64,000 nt of DNA from Balanoglossus misakiensis (Eukaryota > Animalia > Hemichordata): NCBI GenBank assembly GCA_040954595.2, contig CM082577.2, positions 20,124,303 to 20,188,302 of the forward strand, read 5' to 3'. Each line of letters begins with the position of its first letter. The stretch's first letter is position 1. A program made the translations under genes and the position numbers. The notes below the pieces were generated by a model, which saw only the letters and a program-made list of their open reading frames with translations, was not told the origin of the DNA and did no database searches. Of the stretch, positions 57,601 through 63,643 are shown piece after piece.

Positions 57601-60600
57601 TAAAAATGTCTACGTTCTCTTTCAAAATATCCCATTAACAATTATTTCGTATTGACTCGAGAAATCTGAAGAAGTAAAAATGATACATTCAACATGACAA
57701 AACCGCCAGCTTTAAACCAAATTTTAACAACACCCGTCTTCACTAGATCGAGTCCTATGCCCCGTATATCGCTTGCACGCATAGCATACTGTCCCGTCGA
57801 TGACATTTACACATTGTTAGTGTGATGATTTCAGCGCGTTCTCAAAAATAGTGAAAATTAATATATTCCGCATTTTTACTCTGTGAGAACAATAGAAAGT
57901 GGCAAATACAGGCGTTGCATGTATGATAATGTACAATAAATGTCTACATTTCAGTATCTATTATTCCTAGGTGTGAATACTGCATTTTAACATATCAGAG
58001 TCCGAGTAAGATAGAGAAGTACTGAGATTGAACATTTCTACTTAAAAGTGAATCAGTAACTTTTTTCTTACATTTCCACTTAAAAGTGATGTGTGTTTTT
58101 TTTACAGGAGGAGGTGTGTGTGCTTCAAATCCATGTTTAAATGGTGGTGTGTGTGTCGATAATATCAACTCTTACACATGTCAATGTCCAACACAGTATG
58201 CAGGATTACGATGTGAAACTCCAGGTAACTAAACTATCATTATCAAAATATTGTGAAAACAGTTCTTATCTATTCAGATTATGGTGATAAATGTTTCTGA
58301 TATCTCTGCACACAGGAAATACCGGTATTTATAGTCTGAGTCTGACAAACTCTATGGACTGAAAGATTTTACTAATTTTTCCCTTTGCCCTAATACTTGC
58401 TTTTCATGGCTTAAATTTTAACCGTTTCACACTTTCCATTCAAGGTTTTTTAGGTCCCATTGGTTTATACCATGGGACCTTATGGGATTGGATGCGTCAG
58501 TATGGATGTATGTCTGTATGTCCGTCCACATCAAAAACGTGAAAACCGCTGCGTGTATCACCTTGATATTTGGTGTACAGATGCAGGCTGGGCTGTAGAT
58601 GGGAGTTTGTTCAAATGAAGGTGTCATTGCCAAAAATATGCAAATTAGCTGGGGAAATGTGAAATTGGTCAAAACTCAAAAACTCAACAACCACTGGTCA
58701 TATTGATTTGAAAATTGGTATGCATGTACCTTATGTCAACCTCATACAGTCCTGTCATGTTTTGAGCTAATATTATCGATTTCCTATTTTTGATGCATTT
58801 TTTTGTATTTTTCCATGTTATTGGTAAAAAGTCTTCATTTCTGAAAGTGATAGGCTTCTTTGAAATTTAGTATGAAGCTTCCTTATAGTTGTCTGAGTAA
58901 CCATAGTGTTGTTCAATTTGTTGCAAAATTTGCATATTTATAATTTTGAGCAATATTTGCCATTTTTAGTCAAACATTTTTTTCTTGAAAACCGCATGCC
59001 AGATTGCTTTGCAATTTGGTAGGCATGTTCGTAGGGGTAACCTTAGTAATATGTTGTAAAAAATGTGATATTTGCATAAATGTGTTATTGGGGAAACTTT
59101 TGCAATTTTTGTCAAAAATTGTTTTCTCTGAAACTGCTTGTCACATTGCATTGGACTTTGGCAGGCATGTTCCTTGTAGTGATTGAAGTAAAATATTGTA
59201 CAATTTTGGTGATATTTGCATATTTGTGTTTTTGCCACTTTTGAACAAATATTTTACGTGAAACTGCTTGTTGGATTGCTTTGAAATTTGTTTTTTCTCT
59301 GATTGCTTTGAAATTTAGGATACAATTTCATAAAACATACATGTATATGTGCAACTTTTATTCAATTCTGATATCAGAAATATTCAATATTTAGCGAGTT
59401 TTTTTGTAAGTTTCTTTGTTTTTGGTTAGCAAATCTTCTCCTAAACCAATTGTCCAGTTGTTTTGAAAGTTACTGTTGACAAGGAGTTGTTACCCCCAAC
59501 TTAGACATGTTTACATAACTTAATAGGCCAGCTGTTACAGAGACCACCAGCTATTAAATTTTTAATTACCAGTGGCAGGTCAGTGTGTGTCTGTCTGTCT
59601 GTTCCAGGGCTGACTGAAAGAAGTTGCTTGTCATTTGTGTTTGTACAGACAATTTTTGGTCAAAACATTTTTTGTTCTAGCACCACTTGAAAGTCTGGCA
59701 TGACACATGACAGTTTATTGGGCATGTTCCTTGTTAATTTTTTTACATTCCATATTTCTATATGGTAAGATCATATCTGCTTGCAATGTCACTGTAATTT
59801 TTATTCTGGTGTATCCTAGCTTATTTCTGTGTAATCTTCAAATGGGACCACAGTGTCCTTGACGCTATTTTTACCTCACGTGATCACATCACCTGTCTGT
59901 CTGTCTGTCTGTCTGTCTGTAAGTAAGAACGATATTTCAAGAAGTATGAGTTGGTAACAAGTGACAGTGTCCCAGCTGTTCAGGCAACATCCAAGTTGGA
60001 AGTGCGATTTTAATATTTAGATTTGGCCATACAATGGTCTTATTACAAGAGTTGAGACTGTGATGGCTGATGGAATGTGCCAATAAATGGTGTTTTTCCA
60101 AATATGGCATTTACCAGCTGGCCATTTCCCAAATTTTCAACAGTTTGACAATATTTAAATTGATAATTTTACTTTTTCAGAATTTTGAATACTTTGTAAC
60201 TCTCAAAAATTTTCATTCAAAATTACTATTGGAACTTGCACATAAACATTTCCGACTTTTCCCTCATTACAAGGTGTTCCAGCTGTACAGTAACAATATG
60301 TCGAGATGAATCTGGTACAAAATTCATATTACTACATTTGCTATCAGAAAAAAATACCTTAAACTGCATTATGTTTTTCAAATTGACACTAATCTGAGCG
60401 TTATTGTATTGTTGATAATTAGGCACCTCAGACAGCAATATAGCAGGGAGTGGAACAACACTGGAAGTCTATTGGATTATCATTATTGTCATCTTGGCAG
60501 TGGCATTTGTCTTTACTCTCTTTGCACTGCTCTATTACAAATGTAAACCAAAGTAAGTACACATTGACATTGTGACTCTATCTGGTTTTGGTGTGGATTG

Positions 60601-61387
60601 AAATTGAACTCTTGGTTTCAGGCAGGTTTGTCAGAGGTCAGAAATTGATATTCCCTCCCTCCCCTGTCTGATGTATGCTTTTCACTCTGCGCCATCAGTC
60701 TGCTCTTCCATTCTACTCCTTCAACCTGCATCCCTGTTCTGCATTCTCTATTCTCCACAATATGATGACATCAAGGAAACAAACAATTTGCAGTATTTGC
60801 ACCCCCCCCCCCCCTTTTGTCATGACATTGGAACACGAGCGGTGTGCATCATAGTCGCTAAAGACAGTTTTGTAAGCAAACATGTCAGGGTTTTTGTTCC
60901 TCAAGCAGAAAATGTAAGAGAAACAGTGCTGCATGCACGTACCACTTCCATAATCAGATTGATGCGACGGTAGCACAGAAGAGGGGCGCAAATTTGACAG
61001 CACAGAATAGGAACACAGAGTGAAATTTGTGTAGCACAGATTGGGGTGCAGACTATCGACCCCTCACATAGCTCTGTCAGGTTGTGCAGTGTTTTCCTTC
61101 TGCTATGAGTCTTGAAAACAAGGCTTTAGTATTTTCTTTCTGGTAATTTTATGCTGTAATTTTAAAAATTAAATATGTAAAGACATTCTGCCACTATCTC
61201 CAACCTTGTGTGACTCTCTTACAGGGATCGAAGTTTACTTTATGATGCAGAAGAAGCAGCTAAGAGACATAGAGATGTCCAAGGAAATGATTCCTATGAT
61301 CGATCAGTTAATAATTCTGTGAATAAACCCAGACCAAATACTGAAAATGATTATGGCTTTATACCACCTCATGCAGGTAGCAGGTAA
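1193..61387 (+). CDS. 5'-partial multi-exon gene: giant single-pass EGF-repeat protein, (EGF)35-CUB-(EGF)9-TM-short cytoplasmic tail; fibropellin/Notch-like family, orthology not assigned
   Basis: 47 exons bounded by AG/GT join in one open frame (~5.65 kb CDS, ~1,880 aa). All EGF and CUB exons are phase 1-1. No start codon or signal peptide in the window. The 3' end is ambiguous (see findings). Confidence 0.92.
1395..2104. repeat. Minisatellite, ~110-112 bp unit x ~6.3, built from four ~28-bp subunits
   Basis: cattccctgttgacagctct recurs at 1411, 1523, 1634, 1746, 1858, 1968 and 2078. Confidence 0.97.
2894..3007 (+). CDS. EGF exon 2
   Basis: 114 nt; [38 protein letters not shown]. Confidence 0.95.
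4623..4736 (+). CDS. EGF exon 3
   Basis: 114 nt; [38 protein letters not shown]. Confidence 0.95.
5119..5270 (+). repeat. Interspersed repeat fragment (second copy ~26993-27122)
   Basis: Shared cccaatagctgccact..gcaaatg.cactattttgacttt..ggggatt..aatacc..gcatacca..agttgtg. Confidence 0.7.
5602..5715 (+). CDS. EGF exon 4
   Basis: 114 nt; [38 protein letters not shown]. Confidence 0.95.
6127..6240 (+). CDS. EGF exon 5
   Basis: 114 nt; [38 protein letters not shown]. Confidence 0.95.
6350..6737 (-). mobile_element. Degenerate long-hairpin non-autonomous element (Helentron/HINE- or Crypton-like)
   Basis: Hairpin remnant gaggt.ttata..tataacctc, internal tattataat, terminal ccaatcag..tattataata. 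Confidence 0.5.
6741..7293 (+). mobile_element. Family A long-hairpin non-autonomous element (other copies 27123-27558 minus, 27580-28331 plus)
   Basis: Three copies align over several hundred bp; asymmetric TIR tatattatatca/tgatataatata followed by a ~140-bp terminal hairpin; no TSD seen. Confidence 0.85.
7468..7581 (+). CDS. EGF exon 6
   Basis: 114 nt; [38 protein letters not shown]. Confidence 0.95.
8567..8680 (+). CDS. EGF exon 7
   Basis: 114 nt; [38 protein letters not shown]. Confidence 0.95.
9656..9766 (+). CDS. EGF exon 8
   Basis: 111 nt; [37 protein letters not shown]. Confidence 0.95.
10011..10124 (+). CDS. EGF exon 9
   Basis: 114 nt; [38 protein letters not shown]. Confidence 0.95.
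11099..11212 (+). CDS. EGF exon 10
   Basis: 114 nt; [38 protein letters not shown]. Confidence 0.95.
   Translation: MLMNVQVFPVLMVVHVLKALMSIAVSVDLDGQAHSVN
11493..11634. mobile_element. TA-flanked MITE (Tc1/mariner-like; CTGTAAAA..TTTTACAG); relatives ~12952-13125, ~23810-24144, ~35905-36085
   Basis: ta|ctgtaaaatggg ... cccgttttacag|ta. Confidence 0.75.
11738..12374 (-). mobile_element. Long-hairpin non-autonomous element
   Basis: ~35-bp perfect stem ataaggttattcacaaaataccgggatttatgtcc / ggacataaatcccggtattttgtgaataaccttat; adjacent ttatacacct pairs with terminal aggtgtataa at 12361. Confidence 0.85.
12447..12560 (+). CDS. EGF exon 11
   Basis: 114 nt; [38 protein letters not shown]. Confidence 0.95.
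13225..13338 (+). CDS. EGF exon 12
   Basis: 114 nt; [38 protein letters not shown]. Confidence 0.95.
14891..15004 (+). CDS. EGF exon 13
   Basis: 114 nt; [38 protein letters not shown]. Confidence 0.95.
15382..15495 (+). CDS. EGF exon 14
   Basis: 114 nt; [38 protein letters not shown]. Confidence 0.95.
15898..16011 (+). CDS. EGF exon 15
   Basis: 114 nt; [38 protein letters not shown]. Confidence 0.95.
16491..16604 (+). CDS. EGF exon 16
   Basis: 114 nt; [38 protein letters not shown]. Confidence 0.95.
16793..17514. mobile_element. Non-autonomous DNA transposon, TTAA target, GG..CC ends (Kolobok-like)
   Basis: ttaa|ggtggcattgcatgaaa ... tttcatgcaatgccacc|ttaa (17-bp perfect TIR). Confidence 0.9.
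17938..18051 (+). CDS. EGF exon 17
   Basis: 114 nt; [38 protein letters not shown]. Confidence 0.95.
18819..18932 (+). CDS. EGF exon 18
   Basis: 114 nt; [38 protein letters not shown]. Confidence 0.95.
19176..19289 (+). CDS. EGF exon 19
   Basis: 114 nt; [38 protein letters not shown]. Confidence 0.95.
19705..21249 (+). mobile_element. Family B DINE-1/HINE-like element (~1.5 kb including nested MITE)
   Basis: 5' ttttaggtccca..tgggacctta inverted repeat, (tgta)/(gtcy) microsatellite, 3' subterminal tgggacc + stem-loop agtgtc-ctt-gacgct + T run; no TSD. Confidence 0.85.
19739..20111. mobile_element. Tc1/mariner (pogo-like) MITE nested in the family B 5' hairpin
   Basis: ta|cagtcaaacctgtaaaccaaa ... 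tttgacaggttttactg|ta; empty site visible in the B copies at 34500 and 58450. Confidence 0.88.
21263..21376 (+). CDS. EGF exon 20
   Basis: 114 nt; [38 protein letters not shown]. Confidence 0.95.
22325..22438 (+). CDS. EGF exon 21
   Basis: 114 nt; [38 protein letters not shown]. Confidence 0.95.
24203..24316 (+). CDS. EGF exon 22
   Basis: 114 nt; [38 protein letters not shown]. Confidence 0.95.
24491..24604 (+). CDS. EGF exon 23
   Basis: 114 nt; [38 protein letters not shown]. Confidence 0.95.
   Translation, partial: KSMNVQATHAVMVVPVLMPSMVIHVNVSLVTQAPIVS
25332..25442 (+). CDS. EGF exon 24
   Basis: 111 nt; [37 protein letters not shown]. Confidence 0.95.
   Translation: MLMNVPVVHVEMVSVLTWSTDIHAHVHRAGQVSTVI
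25981..26094 (+). CDS. EGF exon 25
   Basis: 114 nt; [38 protein letters not shown]. Confidence 0.95.
26305..26418 (+). CDS. EGF exon 26
   Basis: 114 nt; [38 protein letters not shown]. Confidence 0.95.
27123..27558 (-). mobile_element. Family A element, inverted and partial
   Basis: Reverse complement of the 6741-7293 and 27580-28331 copies. Confidence 0.85.
27580..28331 (+). mobile_element. Family A element, full length, with nested MITE
   Basis: Colinear with 6741-7293; terminal hairpin 28190-28325. Confidence 0.88.
28001..28179. mobile_element. Tc1/mariner (pogo-like) MITE
   Basis: ta|cagtcaaacctgt ... acaggtttgactg|ta; empty site gttgata in the other family A copies. Confidence 0.92.
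28442..28787. mobile_element. Fold-back MITE, TTAA target, AGGG..CCCT ends (Kolobok-like); partial copies ~33995-34200 and 44263-44563
   Basis: The whole element is an imperfect palindrome flanked by ttaa. Confidence 0.88.
29135..29248 (+). CDS. EGF exon 27
   Basis: 114 nt; [38 protein letters not shown]. Confidence 0.95.
29621..29734 (+). CDS. EGF exon 28
   Basis: 114 nt; [38 protein letters not shown]. Confidence 0.95.
30004..31528. mobile_element. Non-autonomous DNA transposon with ~240-280-bp TIRs and 7-bp TSD (P-element-like)
   Basis: gtgtcat|cacagggggctgcaaac ... gtttgcagccccctgtg|gtgtcat; CANRG terminus; no transposase ORF recognised. Confidence 0.88.
32455..32860. mobile_element. 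MITE with TAG..CTA ends and 9-bp TSD (AcademH- or MULE-like)
   Basis: aaaaagttg|tagcccggagaccagggcgt ... acgccctggtctccgggcta|aaaaagttg, plus inner IR aacgcccggggacagtc. Confidence 0.9.
33775..33885 (+). CDS. EGF exon 29
   Basis: 111 nt; [37 protein letters not shown]. Confidence 0.95.
   Translation, partial: TSMSAAVTPVFMASVLTEKIISTVSVTLVTLGTGVS
34205..35156 (+). mobile_element. Composite of family B HINE-like copies (internally deleted copy 34497-35049 plus fragments)
   Basis: 5' hairpin at 34497; two 3' ends, at ~35045 and ~35155. Confidence 0.82.
35180..35293 (+). CDS. EGF exon 30
   Basis: 114 nt; [38 protein letters not shown]. Confidence 0.95.
35695..35808 (+). CDS. EGF exon 31
   Basis: 114 nt; [38 protein letters not shown]. 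Confidence 0.95.
   Translation: MLMIVQLIHVKMEVCVQIWSMVIRVSVHQDGEELTVK
36352..36465 (+). CDS. EGF exon 32
   Basis: 114 nt; [38 protein letters not shown]. Confidence 0.95.
36522..36702. repeat. Degenerate (TCAA)n/(TCAG)n tetranucleotide tract
   Basis: Runs of aatc, accaa and agtc. Confidence 0.85.
36919..37032 (+). CDS. EGF exon 33
   Basis: 114 nt; [38 protein letters not shown]. Confidence 0.95.
37341..37430. repeat. Perfect 16-bp tandem repeat x5.6
   Basis: ggcattgacccgtgca at 37341, 37357, 37373, 37389, 37405, partial at 37421. Confidence 0.97.
37911..38024 (+). CDS. EGF exon 34
   Basis: 114 nt; [38 protein letters not shown]. Confidence 0.95.
39156..39269 (+). CDS. EGF exon 35
   Basis: 114 nt; [38 protein letters not shown]. 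Confidence 0.95.
39315..39760 (+). mobile_element. Interspersed element with internal hairpin (second, rearranged copy 54301-54849)
   Basis: Shared gtcatg.aaccaaa..cacacaaaggc..tttggggcgatttctgagagg..gctgtgattggttgcc; hairpin 39636-39755. Confidence 0.7.
40597..40631. repeat. (GAA)n(CAA)n compound microsatellite just upstream of the CUB acceptor
   Basis: gaagaagaagaagaacaacaacaacaacaaca. Confidence 0.9.
40660..41010 (+). CDS. CUB-domain exon (exon 36)
   Basis: tttccacag|..|gtaagt, 351 nt; [56 protein letters not shown] are typical CUB motifs. Confidence 0.95.
41547..41663 (+). CDS. EGF exon 37 (non-Ca type)
   Basis: 117 nt; [39 protein letters not shown]. Confidence 0.93.
41867..42858. mobile_element. 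Non-autonomous DNA transposon, 27-bp perfect TIR, 4-bp TSD (Sola/Academ-type; superfamily uncertain)
   Basis: ctaa|cagtcaggacgtaagtggggtaattaa ... ttaattaccccacttacgtcctgactg|ctaa; internal direct repeat tgccgagagtcaaggaccac at 42261 and 42587. Confidence 0.9.
42940..43050 (+). CDS. EGF exon 38
   Basis: 111 nt; [37 protein letters not shown]. Confidence 0.93.
43475..43787 (-). mobile_element. Short long-hairpin element
   Basis: 143-bp hairpin 43475-43617; adjacent attatattatgccagtatattg pairs with terminal caatatactggtataatataat. Confidence 0.88.
45125..45238 (+). CDS. EGF exon 39
   Basis: 114 nt; [38 protein letters not shown]. Confidence 0.93.
46361..47136. mobile_element. MULE/Mutator-like non-autonomous element
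   Basis: 9-bp TSD ttaacatca; ~110-bp TIR starting ggctagttatactttgcgaaac; inner IR agttcctggtctgcggcctggtactag. Confidence 0.92.
47211..47327 (+). CDS. EGF exon 40
   Basis: 117 nt; [39 protein letters not shown]. Confidence 0.93.
48008..48121 (+). CDS. EGF exon 41 (cbEGF)
   Basis: 114 nt; [38 protein letters not shown]. Confidence 0.95.
48918..49027 (+). mobile_element. Family B 3' fragment abutting the exon 42 acceptor
   Basis: cagtcagtgtttgcccgttgatc..taatccctaaatgggacc..tgtccttgacgctattttt. Confidence 0.8.
49046..49153 (+). CDS. EGF exon 42
   Basis: 108 nt; [36 protein letters not shown]. Confidence 0.93.
49879..50001 (+). CDS. EGF exon 43 (cbEGF); donor after 49992 or 50001
   Basis: [38 protein letters not shown](GQN); two in-frame phase-1 donors, gtcaga and gtaagt. 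Confidence 0.9.
50724..50855 (-). mobile_element. Short solo LTR (132 bp)
   Basis: gttga|tgtaatga ... tcatgaca|gttga: TG..CA ends, 5-bp TSD, AATAAA on the minus strand. Confidence 0.75.
50900..51590. repeat. Tandem repeat, ~143-147-bp unit x ~4.6
   Basis: gctgaaatttggt at 50932, 51077, 51220, 51367 and 51513. Confidence 0.93.
51906..52075. mobile_element. TTAA-flanked MITE (Kolobok-like)
   Basis: ttaa|aggtaaacagtcacct ... aggtgaccgtatacct|ttaa; shares its left TTAA with the previous element. Confidence 0.82.
52270..53497 (+). mobile_element. Family B element, 5'-truncated, ending at the exon 44 acceptor
   Basis: Colinear with 58570-59870; 3' end cagtgtccttgacgcta. Confidence 0.85.
53514..53627 (+). 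CDS. EGF exon 44
   Basis: 114 nt; [38 protein letters not shown]. Confidence 0.93.
53728..53935 (+). mobile_element. Degenerate tRNA-derived SINE
   Basis: A-box-like tggtttgtagtgagg, B-box-like ggttcaatacc, core gtgcccttgagaaggcacttt, A-rich tail. Confidence 0.55.
53941..54118. mobile_element. TA-flanked MITE
   Basis: ta|caccgttttcat ... atgaaaacggtg|ta; inner agtctagcgccctca/tgagggcgctagact. Confidence 0.85.
55247..56391. mobile_element. Internally deleted Kolobok-like transposon with convergent ORF remnants
   Basis: ttaa|agtggaacg ... cgttcctct|ttaa; THAP-like start [22 protein letters not shown] on minus (ATG 56169) and [14 protein letters not shown] on plus (ATG 55476). Confidence 0.72.
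56441..56883 (+). mobile_element. Long-hairpin element
   Basis: ttataatatacctcatgctaa / ttagcatgaggtttattataa asymmetric TIR, then ~190-bp hairpin 56688-56879. Confidence 0.87.
56881..57280 (+). mobile_element. Long-hairpin element
   Basis: atattacc / ggtaatat asymmetric TIR, then hairpin ~57113-57276 (ccctgaccattaacgtttgtttatgggc / gcccataaacaaacgttaatggtcaggg). Confidence 0.85.
58108..58224 (+). CDS. EGF exon 45
   Basis: 117 nt; [39 protein letters not shown]. Confidence 0.93.
58446..59872 (+). mobile_element. Family B DINE-1/HINE-like element, near full length
   Basis: 5' ttttaggtcccat..atgggacctta; 3' aatgggaccacagtgtccttgacgctattttt. Confidence 0.88.
60423..60552 (+). CDS. Transmembrane exon (exon 46)
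   Basis: Phase 1 in, phase 2 out (aa|gtaagt); [43 protein letters not shown] = ~23-residue hydrophobic helix plus basic stop-transfer residues. An alternative in-frame acceptor ends at 60431. Confidence 0.88.
61225..61387 (+). CDS. Cytoplasmic-tail exon (exon 47)
   Basis: ctctcttacag| phase 2 matches the TM exon; [54 protein letters not shown]. May instead splice out at 61383 (cag|gtaaat). Confidence 0.8.
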
Positions 61388-61646
61388 ATACTGATTATGT
61401 GATTTATGGGGCTTATGAATAGTCCAGTGTATATGCACCTATTTCTGTGTAATCCCTAGATTGGACCACATTGTCCTTGACGCTGTGTTTAATTTATATA
61501 TATTTGCAATAACATCATATTACAAGCATTTCCCAAACAAATTTGATTCTCTTTTGAAGGTACTGGTATCATTAAGGGGTATGGTATGCTAAAAGTTGTG
61601 TATAATTTAATGAATTTTTTAAAATTAGGTCGTATCGCAAAGATTA

Positions 61647-63643
61647 CCCTTATGAAAATATAGGCCTTGTCGCGATATATTGCAGCAGCTCTACAGCAGG
61701 TTTGCTGCAGCTCTACAGCAGGTAGACGCAGCAGAGCCGTTTTTTCGCATGCAAATTAGGTGATTCTGCAGAGCTGCGGCAGAGACTGCCGCATCCTTGC
61801 CGCAGCCAGTACATACGCTACAGAAATGCTGCAGCCCTGCCGCACTGACAGCTCTGCAATAGGTTTGCTGCAGCTCTCCAGCAGTGGAGATGCGGCAGAG
61901 CCGTTTTTTCGCATGCAAATTAGGTGATTCTGCAGAGCTGCCGCAGAGACTGCCGCATCCTTGCCGAATCCAGTTGCACTGATGCTGAAAAATGCATACA
62001 GACATTTATGTATGCATGGCATACACATACATGTACGCACTTGATTAATATATAATTATAAGAGATTATATTTTACATCACTATCATGGAGTATTTCACA
62101 TAGAACAGCAAAATTTAGTTCAGGACAAAAACAGCCGTAATGCAGAAACAAAAATTTCTAAGGGGTCAAAGTTGTAATCATTTTATGTAAAGTTATTGAA
62201 GTCAGGGGGGAAAAACGGAAGTTTTTACGAGTTTTTGGCTGTGTTAACTGAACACGGACACATTTAATTTATTGAAGAAGGGCTTACAAATGAACAAGAT
62301 GTTTCTTTTTCTCGCTTGTTTGGATAACACGGACGCAAAGTACAGTAAGCATGCAGTGTACAGGAAACAGTTTGGTATGCATACCATCTTTTTGAGACAG
62401 ACTGTCGAGCCTTTTATTTTATCAACAGTTGATTTTAGCATTGATTCATTGTATTTGTGTTAGATAGCAAGATCTGCCAATAACGCATTTGATTTTTTTT
62501 GTGTGATCGAGTCGCTCGCCACACCCCCCCCCCCACCCCCTGGATTTAACGTCAACAACGGGAGTATTCATGGCAAACTTTTGATTTTGTACTACCCCAA
62601 TGAGATCGGATGTTTATAAAAACACAGACCTCCTAATATTAAATTTGCTTACTACTATTACGATATGACACTGGCTAGTCAAGTTTTGTTCACAAAATAT
62701 TCGTAAACTCATTGAACAGAACCTTGCGAAGTACACTTTTGTCTATGGTTCACGTACGGTTTTTACAATAGATTTTCATGGTGGCCGGCAACAGATGCTG
62801 CCGGACGCTGATCTGTTCTGATCGTCGGACAGGGCCAACCAACACCAATCGGCATCATCAACCAAACCCAGCCCTGCCCGTAAATGCCTGAATAAGTTCA
62901 GCCATAAAATTATCTCAACATCGATCATCAACATCACTACGTTACTCAAATAACAAGTTACGAATAAATCCAGTAAAAAATGTGTCAAACAATCAATTTA
63001 TAAAAAATGTAATGCCTGCCTAGCTTGAACTTGAAGAAACTTGGGATCTATCATCTAGCTGTCTTCCCTTTCCAAGTTCTGTAAAATATTTTCAGATGTA
63101 CACTTGAATGATCAGTGTCTTCTGCTGTACCTCCGTGTTGGCATCTGGTACATCCAAAAGCATTAAATGAAAGACAGTCCACCTGAACATACTCATGATG
63201 TGGCAGTTAGCTGGAGACACTTGTAGTTTGAAGCTTGCAAGTTTAGAAAATGGCGGCAAAATGACTTTGGCCAATTACTAGCTTTGTTTCACATCACCTG
63301 ATATCAATTAAGGTCAACCAAAGTTGGAGGTCAATTCTTGTGTCCCTGCTGCATGGATTTGTACTTTGAGAATTATTCTTGCATCATTTCTGCATAGAGA
63401 AAAGCTTTGCATCTTTGCGGCTACTTTGCGGCAAGCTCTTGTGTCCTTATTGCAAGGATTACCACCTCTACTGTAGAGCCACATTTAGTTGCGACCTGCC
63501 GCATTGCCTCTGCTGCAGAGACACTCTGTGCGAGAACACCACAGCGTGTCTGCAAGAGCACCACAATGCCTTCACAGCAGAACTGCTGCAGAGCTGCTGA
63601 AGGCTGCTGCAGACCTGCTGCTTTGTTGGCATTTTTGTAAGGG
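61647..63643. mobile_element. CACTA/EnSpm-like non-autonomous element (~2 kb)
   Basis: ta|cccttatgaaaat ... atttttgtaaggg|ta (11/13 TIR match, 2-bp TSD); CTGCAG-rich subterminal repeats at both ends, including a ~163-bp duplication at 61698/61861. Confidence 0.75.

Larger units (their letters stand above)
56393..57930 (-). mobile_element. Long-hairpin element whose hairpin is split by two nested elements
   Basis: Arm 56394-56437 is the reverse complement of 57338-57380; tatcataca (57382) pairs with tgtatgataa (~57920). Confidence 0.75.

Noticed and set aside
1193-61387. Calling the gene Notch, Crumbs, Delta/Jagged or fibropellin
   Set aside because: No LNR/ankyrin, LamG/ERLI or avidin domain; too many EGFs for a DSL ligand; it has a TM and short tail. 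No symbol assigned.
61629-61725. Candidate last exon RSYRKDYPYENIGL.. with a YENI motif
   Set aside because: Weak acceptor, and the motif is encoded by the left TIR of the CACTA-like element starting at 61647
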